Source: Blasia pusilla
Taxonomy: Eukaryota
Direction: 5' to 3'
Assembly (NCBI GenBank): GCA_050084515.1
Contig: CM114271.1
Span: 10,354,001 to 10,418,000, forward strand
DNA length: 64,000 bases
The notes below the pieces were generated by a model. The model was not told where the DNA came from, made no database searches, and saw only the letters and a list, made by a program, of their open reading frames with translations. This document shows, piece by piece, positions 41,020 to 52,621 of this stretch. Numbering within the stretch: the first letter of the stretch is position 1; each line of letters opens with the position of its first letter. Both the position numbers and the translations under genes were made by a program.

Positions 41020-42090
41020 TGGTGGAGGATCTACACGGAGTCGGGCTAGGTATCGAGGGGTCCCACACAAGGAACCACCTCAGCCACGAGTTGTAGTTTC
41101 TCCGGAGGTGACATGAGCGGATTCGGAGTTACTCGAGAGGCCATAGAGTGTCGCGAGTGTTGCCACACCGTTGTTGTGGGACATGGATGATCGCAATACG
41201 TATGGGTCCACGAGGGGACCCCAACGGTTCTCAAGCATGGTGAGAACCATCCAGTTGGATGATTTTATGTATGATTTTGATAGTTGGTGCGATGCACAGA
41301 GGATGCAGAACTAGAAGAGATTCAACCCCTTTATGGCGTGGAAGGGACTTTTTCAGCATCTAGAGGGCCCTCCCATGGATGATTATCACAAGTTTTGGAT
41401 TCTTCATGATGCAAAGATCGAGGTGTGGAGACTATTTTGGTCTCTAGGATGTGTGTCCCTCACAGGGTGTGCGATGTATGATATGGCGGTTGTAGTAGCA
41501 CCTACTAACTGCACAGAGGAGACACTTGGAGGAGTTGTCGACCCGAGTCTTACGAGTGTGACCAGCCACGTTCAACCCGTTGTTTGAGTTCTTTCGAGAG
41601 TTGGGGAGGAACTATCAGGGGGTGAGGACCAACAAGCTGAAGTTGATTCATAAGTTTCAGCAGAGAGCGGGACAGAGTCTTTGAGAGGCCTATGCATGGC
41701 TCCGACGGTTGATCACAGAGACTCAAGGTGTGACGGAGAGGCAAGCGGTTCAATTCTGATATGGGATGCTAGAACTCAAGTTGCGGAAGAGAGTGCGAGA
41801 TGCAACTCTCTTACATGTTAGCTCACCTACTCTCAAGTCTGTCTTTTTGTTGGCAAAGCGTATTGAGCTCAACATACTTGAGGAGAGAATTTTGACGACA
41901 TGCGTGTCACCTTTGAGGGAGACAATACGAGTGACGGTGTCTCCATCAGTGCCACAATGCACTTCTCAAGATAGAGTCATGGGACCGAGGGCTACAAGAG
42001 GATACCGGGAGCCAGGACCAGTTCAGTCATATGCTGGGCAGTAGGGCTCAGGAAATTTTTGTTGGACATGTGAAGGATCACATTGTCAGC
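41020..42090 (+). pseudogene. gag with CCHC zinc knuckle, decayed
   Basis: FNPFMAWKGLFQHLEGPPMDDY, LRKRVRDATLLHVSSPTL, CWTCEGSH(C)QQDC at about 42060-42098. Confidence 0.85.
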
Positions 42091-42949
42091 AAGATTGTAG
42101 ATAGTAGAGTGGAGTAGGCAACACCATCAACTGTATATGAGGCGGCCCAAGGGAGGCCACCCTTACCTTAGTGTGAGCAGTGCCAGAGATATGGGCACAC
42201 ACGTGAGAGATGTTTCGAGCTCCACCTCGAGGTGCGCCTAGAGGGAGGTCGAGGTACGTGGAGGTGGCAGAGAACAAGGTGTAGGAGGTCAAGGACGTGG
42301 TGGAGGCAGGACCTCACCACTTGCCAAAGCGAATGTAGCATTTGCATGAGAGGCAGCTCTGGCGAGGATTTCTCAATTGGAGCAACGCCTTGAGGATATG
42401 ATGGCCCAACAGGCATCCACATCAAGTGCAGGGGCACGTTGACTTATGGATTGGCTCAAGCCTAGAATATGGTGGGAGATCTAGGAGGTATGGGATTTTT
42501 GTGCAACACCGCACAGGTGGATGCAGATACAGTGGTTACGAGAGGCGCGGTGAGAGCTTCTGAGCCACGAGGATCTGATGTGGAGTTGGATTCCTAGAGG
42601 GGAATGGCTGGCAGGTAGGCTAGACTTCCCCAATCTTTCACATTGTCGGAGGCTCTTTGGACCCCATCGATGGTCCCTAGACGGCCTTTGCGGAGTTTTG
42701 TTGTCATAGATGCGGATGCAGTTAGAGGAGCGGGTGAGGCGAGTACCTCTACCAGGCCTATGCAACATTCGACATGGCCTAGTACTGGCACGTTACGAGA
42801 GATGGCGACAGCTTTGTGTAGCATCCCACTATTTACGGCCTGAGATTTTTTGATATGTGGAGGTTGACCAATTGATGTTTTCCGGTTGGCGGCGACGCTC
42901 TGTGAGAGTGATGAGTTTGGTTCTTCTATTGCTCTTTGGACCCCATCGA

Positions 42950-43230
42950 TGGGATTGCGGAAGTGTGAGATCACTCCATGTCCATTCCAAATTCATACTT
43001 CACTGGGAGGCACATACCCGACACAGTTCATGACTTGCAATGAGATTGGAGTGAGGATTCAACCCAATCATCCTATGGATAGTGCGATGGTATGGACAAG
43101 AGGGGTTGTGACACCGGCCAAGTCTTATGATGTTTTGGTAGGGGCTACCTTATTTTATCCTCTAGGGTTCACACTTGAATTTTGGGAGGAGACATTCTCC
43201 TATCGACCAGGTTGGCAGTCGGGTGAGGGA
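42950..43230 (+). pseudogene. C-terminal half of a retropepsin-type protease; catalytic DSG/DTG not seen
   Basis: VVTPAKSYDVLVGATLFYPLGFTLEFWEE resembles the 'YDvLlG..L..lg..lD' retropepsin C-terminal motif. It sits directly after gag. Confidence 0.6.
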
Positions 43231-43599
43231 CAAGCCAGTCAGCTACCCGTGCAGTATGCACGGAGACTTGATGGTTTACTCCGAGGGTCAACAACAGTTA
43301 TTGTGGCACATTATGTTTTTGGCATGGAGATTTATAAGAGGGAAATGGTGATGCAAAGGATATTCCTATAGAGGATAGTCCTGAGGAGTGGCATGCGATG
43401 ACGAGCGTGGCTACATTTGATGGCGATACTTCTTCAGCTTTGTGGGGTATGAGAATCGATTTGCAGAGGAGAGCAGAAGAGCTTGTAAGGTAGGCATGGA
43501 GCCAAGCCTATGCTCTAGAGTTAGACGGGACATAGTTACCACGTGCTCTTGGAGTGGAGACGTTGACACCCTTGGACATCACACCGATTGTGTGGCAGT

Positions 43600-44530
43600 A
43601 TCCCAAGGAGGGTGTACATATACTAGATCTCTTTGGAGGGATTAGTACAGCGTTAGTTGTAGTGTTGCAAGCCAGAGTATGAGTACAGCAGTACTTGTAT
43701 ATTTGGAGGGATGAGACTGCACACAGAGTCTCATTACGTCATGTGTCGAGACTAGTCCAGCAATATCCTCAGTTATTGCTAGTGTTTGCAGTTAGGGGAT
43801 ATCAGCATGTATTGGAGGCTGACATTTCGTTGTTGGGGGTGCCAGATCTGCATAGGGTTGGTCTGATACACTTGGTGGTTGCAGGGTGGCCATGTTAGGG
43901 TCATTCTTTGGCGGGTCGTGGACTTGGTTGCAAGACCCGAGGTTGGCCATGTTTTGGCAGATGTTGCGAATTCTTTGACACTTGCAGACTACCCAACGAT
44001 GTTCTCCAACTTGCATTTTGGAGAACGTCCCACTGTTAGGTGACACTTGAGCCCGAGTGATGGCGAGTGTAGATAAGGTGCGGTTGTGGATAGGACCGGC
44101 AGTGATGTTGGATGTAGCAAGTGTTGGATCGTGCGCACACCGTCCATGATTGTGGTGGACTAACCTTTTACCATCTGAGTTATTGAGATGGGCTTATGAT
44201 GGAGTCGAGAGACCATCACTACTTATAGTGGATGCAATCTTGGATCCATGGTGGTGATCTCAGGTTATTACTCGTGATGATGTACCACCGTTAGCAGTCG
44301 CCAATTGTGTGGGCCAGCAGAGGGCAACATTGCCTACATTGGTGAGTTTCCCGTCATCTCATGCTTTTCATCGGGGAGGACCAGGCATGATATGGGATGA
44401 CCACGCAGGTACACTGGTGGAGCCCAACGCCGATGAGCGAGAATGAGCTATGGGGTTCTCTACAAGTATGACGGCGGTGCCTATGGTGGCAGAGGCATCC
44501 CGCAGACATGTATTGGGTCATGCTCTGGAC
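43600..44530 (+). pseudogene. DNMT3-like DNA (cytosine-5) methyltransferase catalytic domain, with 7 stops and one frameshift
   Basis: Motif I ILDLFGGIST (43620-43649). Motif IV LVVAGWPC*GHSLAG (about 43872-43916). Motif VI ILENV (44015-44029). Motif VIII AHRP*LWWTNL (44135-44167). Motifs IX-X ERE*AMGF..SMTAV....SRRHVLGHALD (about 44435-44530). Confidence 0.92.
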
Positions 44531-45159
44531 TATCTTACTCGGGTGTTCAATCTTGGTTTGGCTGAGTAGCAACAGATGCGAGAGGTGTTTATGACATTAC
44601 GTCCACTTTGCAATGCAATGACTACCGGGATGGGTGAGACACTCCCTGGGGGCGCGATGGTGATGGAGAGGCATCCACGGACTTCATGGGACATGTCAAA
44701 AGAGCATAGAGAGATGAGAGTTCATTTCGCTGATGTAGGACATAGTGGAGTACCTAGAGAGTTGGTGTCTGATTTGGGAGCGCATGTTGCTGCTCCAGAG
44801 GTTGCTAGTTAGTAACCACCACCCTCCTCTTCTCCAAAGGTCACGAGAGAGATTGCAGCGCGGTGGCATGGTGAGAGTGATGAGGAGATAGTTTCGGGTT
44901 GGCACATATCTGCCTATTTGTGTCTGTTAGCTATGTTAGGTCAGTAGGAGGCATCCACCCCAGGAGGGAGGTTAGATGGTGAGTCCTCACATCTAGATGC
45001 TAGTGAGGAGTTGATAGGAACTGGAGACATCCACGATGATGAGATGGTCTTGGAGTACCTGCGCATTGGTGTCTTAGTAGCATGGTGGGTGCTAGAGAGC
45101 GGGAGGAGGATCAAGTGGGAGGGGAAGCATGTGCTTTGAGTTTGGGAGGATGGACGAGT

Positions 45160-46260
45160 GCGGATGGTGCTGCATCCTTTGCAGCGAGCACGAGTTGTGT
45201 GACAAGCTCACGAGGAGTTAGGGCATTTCAAGTCAAGCGTACGTATAGCTTGATTCAGATCAAGTATTGGTGGCATGGTATATATACTGATGTTCAGCAG
45301 TTTGTAGCCAGATGCATTGTACGTGATAGGGTACGGGCATCGTTCAATGCTCCGATACCACACTTGCATCCTTTACCGACCATGGGATTAGGATATCCCT
45401 GGAGTTTAGACTTTGCAGGGCCTTTACCATTGACAGGATGCCATAGTTGGTATGTGTTGGTCATGGTGGAGCAATTCTCCAAGTGGATGAGTGAGTTGGT
45501 AGCATGTCCGAATAGGTCGAGTGAGGGAGCCGCTTATGCATTTCTTGATAGAGTGCTTAGTCATTTTGGCATACCAGCAAAGTTGTTGACAGACGAGGAA
45601 ACAGATTTTAGGCGTGACTTTAAGGCTTTGTGTGATCAGGCACGGATAGATCATTGTACAACTTCTCAAGATCATCTAGAGGCAGATGGTTATGCAAAGA
45701 GAGTTGTGCAGACGAGGAAGAGAGGATTGCGCAAGTATGGACTACAGAGAGGACACTTGGGAGATTGGGACCTATAGTTGTCGTGGTTGGAAATGGGTTA
45801 CCGCTTCAGTCGGCAGGCATCCTTGGCATCATTTTCATCGTATTTCTTGCTCTAAGGGAGAGAGCCAGAGTTATTGTCATCGATTCGACAAGATGTGGTT
45901 GAGGTACTTGACCTTGAAAATCCACACGTATGGATGCAAGCGTGTTCTAAGTGGGCTAAGCTCTTTTGGAGAGTCATGCCTATGGTGTTTGAGAACCTGG
46001 CTATCGCTCAACATCGCGATACTCTAAGATACACAACTACGCATGGAGGAGGCTATCGACCAGGGATTCGGTGATTCCATCATGGCAATTATGTCTACCT
46101 ATAGCAGACACCGCCAATGACCTTGGACGTGATGGCAGGATGTACTATTCTACGAGTGCGAGAGATTTTACCTTCAGGAGTCCTTGTTTTAGAGGGTCGT
46201 TATGATACCGTTTGAAAAGATCATCTGCGTAACTGTGCACCATGTCATGGTCTGAACGTG
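45160..46260 (+). pseudogene. Gypsy integrase, decayed
   Basis: AHEELGHF..KRTY...YWW...C; WSLDFAGPLP; LTD; EADGYAKRVVQT. Confidence 0.92.
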
Positions 46261-46306
46261 GATGGGGATTGATCTGAGCTTGACAGTTATTCCTGTAGGC
46301 TTGAGA

Positions 46307-46444
46307 TGCATGTTGTGTGGGTCTGCCAGAGGCATAGCCACGATGCTAGTTTGTGATGGGTGTTCTCGAGGATGGCATATGTCGTGTTTGACGCCGCCTC
46401 TTGACTTGGTTCCTCAAGGACATTGGCTTTGTCCCATATGTTCA
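46307..46444 (+). CDS. PHD finger (C4HC3) at the integrase C-terminus
   Basis: CMLCGSARGIATMLVCDGCSRGWHMSCLTPPLDLVPQGHWLCPIC has all eight zinc ligands plus the conserved W. Confidence 0.95.
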
Positions 46445-46625
46445 TAGGTGTGATAGGTACATATAAGATGACTCTTGATGTTATGGATTGCAAGAAGGTG
46501 ACTAACAATGGAATGACATAGCACCCGACCTCTTGATCTTAGCACCGAAAAGGTGCATAGCATTTATACTTGTTTTGTTGGCTATCTGGAGTTAGAGGGA
46601 CCTAACCACCAACTAGGGGGGCGAC

Positions 46626-46741
46626 TGAGGTTGTCCGATTGTTCATGTGTAGAGATATTAGGATTCATATCTAGATGGATCTTAGACATGTGTGTGCATG
46701 ATAACCGAAGTACCTTGGCAGCGATGTGTATTCGCACGACA
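46626..46741 (+). repeat. Short 3' LTR remnant, homologous to about 47987-48100
   Basis: Follows the PPT. GGTTGTCC.AT.GTTCATGTGTAGAGAT...GCACGACA is shared with the copy ending at 48100. Confidence 0.7.
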
Positions 46742-46743
46742 AC

Positions 46744-47404
46744 TGTTATGGTAGAAGAGGCGTAGGGTGAGATAGTATCAAGGTTGTCGTCTTCATACAC
46801 ATCGCTACAAAACCCACATTGCTGGTCACATCTACATACCACACAACAGCGATCTTCCCCAACATACGGGTATATCCACACATAAATGAAACATACTCAT
46901 GCATATACACTGGGATCCCACAACAAAATCAACGGCTCACCTGGCCTAAAACTCCACTCATGAATCTACATCGGCATATCAAACCACATCCACCCTCTTT
47001 TATGAGGGAATCCAGACGCTAGCACCCACCCTAACTCATACAGACCCACACATGTCTATGCAAGAGAGGCACTCCTAAGGCTCAACATGAGAAAGATGGC
47101 TTGAGAAAGCCATCTCTCTCACTTTTATATGCTTGGGAAGAACCGAAAAGCTCTTCCCCCAAAAAAAGCCCTACCAACGGTAACCTACGTGCATAGGTTA
47201 TCGGGTGACCGTTGACTCGGTCAATGAGTCACCTGACGGACTAAAACCAAAATATGGAAATTTCCATAAACAACATTCCTGACGCAATAGACCTATTTCC
47301 AACCTCATCCGACATCTTGGGACAAAGTTACACCCAAACAATGCGTTGACTCTCTATGTCGTTGACGCGATAGAACTCTACCTACGTCGAAATAAGATAG
47401 TACA
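46744..47404. repeat. Probable solo LTR (about 660 bp), same family as 1-98; no TSD seen
   Basis: TG...CA ends, with the right end homologous to window positions 1-98. Confidence 0.65.
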
Positions 47405-48100
47405 AGGCCTTAGAGGGGTCTTGTACTTCCCTATTTTGAGAGGTCACATGTGACCTGCTCTTAGGAGATGACCTACGAGTGTAGGTCCCCCTTCCCTTTA
47501 TGAGGAGTGGAAACCTTGGAAAGGTTGACCTTCCCAGCCATGGATGACTCCACTTGGACCTATAGGGTCATGGGTTAGTTGGTAGTTGGTCTCATGAGGG
47601 GACCACATGTGTAGTTCTTAGGGAGCTAGTATGGATGTACTATAGGTGGGTAGTGACCTACTAGGAGGGAGGTGACCTTTGTGTATAGGTCACCCATGGA
47701 GGTGCCCAGGGGGGTATACTTCGGCTGAGGCTCATTTGGGGCTCATCTCCTTAGGATTGCAGACCCTTGTTGGGATTCGTGATACAGTACGGCTTGCATG
47801 TATTGAGCCTGGATTCTCTCTTGAATAATGGGCTAGGAGCGATCAATAAGTAAGATCACACATTTTGGGAATCCTTGTGTATACTTTCTCTTGCTGTTAC
47901 ACCAGGGTGTATCTGAATCATGAGTATGGTTGTTTGGATGAAGCACGGTTGATTGCAGATTTCATCAGAGTTTACATGGCATATTGGGGTTGTCCAATCG
48001 TTCATGTGTAGAGATGTTAGGATTCATAGCTAGATGGATCTTAGACATGTGTGTGCATGACAGCCGATGTATGTTGGCATCGATGTATATTTGCACGACA
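47405..48100 (+). repeat. LTR fragment of the DNMT-element family, abutting a LINE endonuclease
   Basis: The last ~115 bp match 46626-46741 and end in ...GCACGACA. Confidence 0.6.
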
Positions 48101-48476
48101 TTGGCGACCTTGATCCACATGAAGTATTTCTTATCATCAATGTCGGCTATGGAGATAAAAGGTTGTAACCATGGTGCTACCAAGCATGTCAAGCCACCGT
48201 GTCCTTTTTTGTTGCTATTTGTGAGTGAGTTGTGGATAGCTAAGACCTACAAGTCCTCTGTATTAGGAATGCGGTTGGAATCATGTTCATGTGTTTCAAC
48301 AAAAAAGATAAGGTCCAATTTTGTTTCCAAATATGTAATGCCATTACCTCTGGACTAGAATGGTCCTCCATAATTGTGAATAACTGCGTGAATGGATGGG
48401 TTGATAATATCCTTCCTATCCACCATTCCTTATAGAGAGGTCTTGTCAAGGAGGTTTGTCACCTCCAAGGCCTGGT

Positions 48477-49508
48477 TGTCGTGCGCCTACTCTCCTTGAA
48501 CGTTAATCTTGTTTGTTGCGGAAGCGTGCGTTCAGTAGGTCACGCTCTCAACGCTGATCTGCATCCAAACACGCACTTCGGTTAGTCGGGTCTTGGATCA
48601 ATCAGCGGGATTACTTTCCGAGTTCTCGTCTCGGACTCTCTCTTCAAGCTCAACCTTCCTAGTTTTGCGGTTTCCAACACGGGCAAGTCTCGAAAGACTT
48701 GGGATAGACTTTCAGTCGGTTCGGGAACTCAAACGGCGTTTAGCGCCTAGCGGTTCCAACTGTCCGATGAACACCCAATGAGTTCCTCACCAAGACTCGC
48801 ACGAAGTGAATCTCGGGTTGGAATCCAAGTGTGGCGTACAAAGTCCACTCCCTTGGATCAGGTTTGGGTTTCGGGTTTCCGCGCCAAACTCCCGTTTCAT
48901 CCCGTGCCTCTGAAACGCCGTTTGGCACCCAAAGTGGGGTTTCGTTTCCCGAGACATCTCAGAGAAGGTACTCCCCTTACTAGTACTTCTGGGGATCTCC
49001 GGGGGCCCCCTAAATTTAGGGAAAGACACCCGGGCCTCTCCAATTGGCCCTCAACCCGATTGCTCTCTGAATCGTTTTTGGCCAATATCTCAGCCTGTAC
49101 TTATGCGTTTGCTGAGATCTTTGGTGCGTTGGAAGCATCTTGAGATCATCTTTCCAACGCGCCCTTACTTGTCCCAAACGCATCTTGGAGCTCAACGTTA
49201 TGGTCCTAAACACAGTCAGATTTTCCCAAACGCTAGTCATGTTCCAAACTGGTTCTCACCTCTTTGCCAACCAACCTCCAAGACTCAACTCATCTCAAGT
49301 CTCGGCTCGCGTTTGGGTCTAGGTTTCCTGGTCGCGACCACTAACGCATGAAATGCACAACTCTGTTCCGCGTTTCGTCTCTTAGACTTTTCCAAGAGAC
49401 TCTTCGAAACGCCTCTCCAAAGCGCAAACCTCGCGGCGTGAGTTCCTTTGAGTTCTGATGTTTCGTTTGGCGCGTATTTGGTGTTGTTTGGTTATGAGGG
49501 TCGCGACA
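48477..49508 (-). repeat. Solo LTR (1032 bp), TSD CTGGT
   Basis: TGTCG...CGACA termini, with CTGGT at 48472-48476 and 49509-49513. Homologous to 14997-15995. Confidence 0.93.
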
Positions 49509-50612
49509 CTGGTTCTCAGTTGTAGAATTGCTAATTCCCTAGTTGGAATCCAAGTTTTTGCTCACTGCCCCTCTTGGTGCATAGTTGTGTCTTCTAGGTA
49601 CTCATGTCGTGGCCTTTCCTTCCCTGAGTTCATTCCAAAGACCGTTGTTGCGGGCAGCTAGAACCTTCTCTCTTTCAATAGCGAGTGCTGCTCTTTGCTT
49701 GGTGGTCAGATCTAGGAAGATACGGATAGTGGATCCTTTAAGGATTTCTTTAATGCAAAGGATGGCCAACCTCATTTCCATCGCTGGTCCCCGTTGTGAG
49801 GGATCAAATTATACCAACATTGGTGCTGGTCAGTCCCCTATTCCTTTCCCAAGTCTGATCCCTGTGAAGGTGACTGCTGGTGTGACCCCCTAGAGTTGTG
49901 AAGACCTTCTCTTGCCAAAGTGAATTCCAGTTTTCTTCCTTGGTAAAGTGCAGTCCCATGATAACTAAATTGAGTTCCTTGGTTTTCCTATCCTGGAATT
50001 CTAGGACCTTATCTGATTCTTCTTTTGTTACCTCTTTGGCTACCTGTGTTGCAACCTTAGTGATTTGTGTTGTGGACGTATGCTTGCCCAATATTTATGT
50101 CCGGGTTCTAACAGGATTTGCAAGGTTGTTCTTAGTTAAACGATACTCTTGCATTACCTTCCCAAGCTGAGTGTTATCCTATTTGAAACACGCAACTAAG
50201 TCCTTCTTCAATTGTAGGTTCTCGGCCCTCAAAGTGACCAGCTCTAATTCCAGAGTTGTCTTTTGAGCCGTCCATTCGAGGAGGTTTGATTCCTTGCTGG
50301 ACATCCATCTACCCTGCTCTTCTTTTGCTGCTTCCATCATTGTATTCCATGCCAGCATCTAGCACGCCTGAAAGCTTTCCCATTTTCCTTCTAGTTCAGA
50401 GAACCGATTGGTGATGGATGCCACTTCCAGATATGGTATAACCTCTGTTGAATGTGTGAGAGCTGCGTGTAGTCATTCCCAGTCACACTGCCTCATTTTT
50501 TCCTAACATAGTGGCGAGAGTTTGATGTGATCAATTTGCGTGAACCATTTGATCTCACTGATCGTCCATTCTCCCTACTCTTCGTCTACTTGTGGGAACG
50601 ATCCTTGATACT

Positions 50613-51894
50613 TGTGAAACCCACAATTTTGTACTTTTGAAGAATTACATCTTTTTATTCAAAGAAGACTTGTATGTACTCTATGATTTTGATATTATGG
50701 TTATGGAGAAGAAAGAGTAAGATTAAAGTGAATCACAAAGCTCCAAGGACGAGCAGAGAGATATAAAATAAAGGATTTGCCTGAGAGGAGAGGAGAATAC
50801 AATAACGAAGTCTAAAGACCCAGCAAGAAGCTTCGAAAAGAGAAGGAAGCTATGTTAAGAACTTGTGTATGTAGTGCTTCACTCTTGAACGAAGCATGAA
50901 GAAGAAGAAGAGAAAGAAGTACTTCGCTCTTGAACGAAGCACGAAGAATGAAGCCCCTGGAACAAGAACAAAGAATGAAGCGCTTCGCCTTCAGATCAAG
51001 ACAAAGAGCTTTGTCCTCAAGCAAAGAAAAAGAGGTCCAGACTTAGTAGTGAAGCGAAGCTAAGACTAACAATGATTTCAAGCGACACATAGTTAGAACA
51101 ATTAGAATAGGAAAAGGCGCAACTTTGTGTATCAGATAGGTAGTTAAGACAATTTTGTTCTGCGGATTCATAGGGATCTTAGGAAAAGAGAAGAGCACCA
51201 TAGATCTAAGTAGTTACAAATATTGAAGAGACACCGGCTTCATCTAGAACGCTTCAAATCTTTGGATCACTCCTACTTCAAAGAATATTTAAGAAACATG
51301 CAAGTGGCTATCATCATCATTCTCTTACGAAATCCTCATGCTGTAGGAATGGTCCGAGCAAGGGAGTAGCACCCTCTTGAGCTTGTATAACACTTTGAAG
51401 CTTTCTCATTCTTGATGGAGTACTAAAGAACTCATTCCTTCATTCTGATGTGCGATGCTTATGTCTGCATATTATTTTTGGGTCTGCACAGTAAAGAGTG
51501 AATCAGGCGAACCTTTATCATCAGTGGAATAATCAACATGGAGTTGTAGGAAATCTGTTTGACAGAGAGTAGCCTGCCGAGACGGATTGAATTCCGATAG
51601 TAGGAGAAGCCAACTTCCTTGTTGAGATCTCTGTGAAGTTTCTTGATGTCGAGAGAAAATTTACCTGAGCGGGTTGTCAACTCCACTAGAGAGAATTGAG
51701 AAAAGAAACCTTGGTACTAAGAAAGATCCGAAGATATTGATAAAACATTGAATCTAAATTATTCCACTTGAATACAACTATTACCAGAGAATTGTAATTT
51801 TGATCTCTCTTTCCACCAAACAATGATCCTCTTGGGGATCGAACTCATTAAATTCTTGTAAAAAGATCAATTCTGTTACTCATTGTACATTACA
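50613..51894 (+). repeat. Solo LTR (1282 bp), TSD ATACT
   Basis: TGTGAAACCCACAATTTTG...GTACATTACA, with ATACT at 50608-50612 and 51895-51899. Homologous to 10562-11729. Confidence 0.95.
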
Positions 51895-52621
51895 ATACTG
51901 GTCGTGTCTTGGACCTCCTCCGGCGAGGTTTCAAACGCTGGTTGTTCTGTGGTAGTCATGAGTGGAGTGTTCACTCGATGTATTGGTCTATGTTTTCATG
52001 CATTGGGAATGGGGGAAAAAATTAGATAGGGTGTGCTTTTTTCTAGAGAAAACACAACCACGTCTATGGAGAGGTACGAAAGGGATGTCAGAGCACGAGA
52101 ATTGTCTCAACATCCCTAGATTTTTCCCGTTCCATAGTTAGGTAGGGTCATCCAGGGAGGTGGAGCCAGATTTTTCTGGGAGCTCATGGTCCCTGAGTAG
52201 AGAGAAGGGTTTGAAGTAGGGAGACTCTAAAAATGGGGTTGTAATTTGACAGAAATGTTGCGAGGTGGACGAGCTCTAAGAGAACTCAGAGTTATGGAGA
52301 AAGAGACAAGTGGAACATGGAAAGCAATTCAAAATCTTGAACAATCCGTTCTTTCTTGTGGCAAATAGGGTCGCCCAAGGATGTAGATGCAGATTGTGCA
52401 AAAATATCTTGATCCATGAATCCAAATACGATTTCACCGACTGAAATCTCACAAAACTAAGAAGAAGAGAGACAAGGAAAAGGGTCGAGCTAGAAAATCA
52501 TGTCAAAAACTTGTTCAATCTATTTTTTCCTTTGGTAGACCAAGTCACCCAAGGCAGTAGAAGCAACTTGTGCAAAAATTGGATGAGGGACTAGTTCGAT
52601 TTTGCAGCCTGAAGAAACTAG

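Larger units (their letters stand above)
41020..46741 (+). mobile_element. Gypsy-type LTR retrotransposon carrying a DNMT3-like methyltransferase and an integrase-PHD fusion; RT and RNase H absent
   Basis: Collinear gag(CCHC)-PR-DNMT-INT-PHD, then PPT-like AGGGGGGCGAC at 46615-46625 and TG. The 5' boundary is not resolved and may lie near 39121. Confidence 0.88.
48101..51990 (-). mobile_element. 5' part of a LINE (ORF1 and start of the APE endonuclease), split by two solo LTRs
   Basis: ORF1-like coiled coil plus RKTKELNLVIMGL (49804-50091) and IRIFLDLT (about 49705-49728). Endonuclease-like DLIFFVETH and GHGGLTCLV...MWIKV at 48105-48320. Confidence 0.65.

Noticed and set aside
43600-46447. 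Host DNMT3/DRM or PHD-protein gene
   Set aside because: There are no introns and no UBA/PWWP regions. The motif order is not the permuted DRM order. The domains are collinear with gag, protease, integrase and PPT.
48101-48115. TGGCGACC after the LTR end as a primer-binding site
   Set aside because: The sequence reads on the minus strand as LINE endonuclease (…MWIKVA), so it is target DNA.
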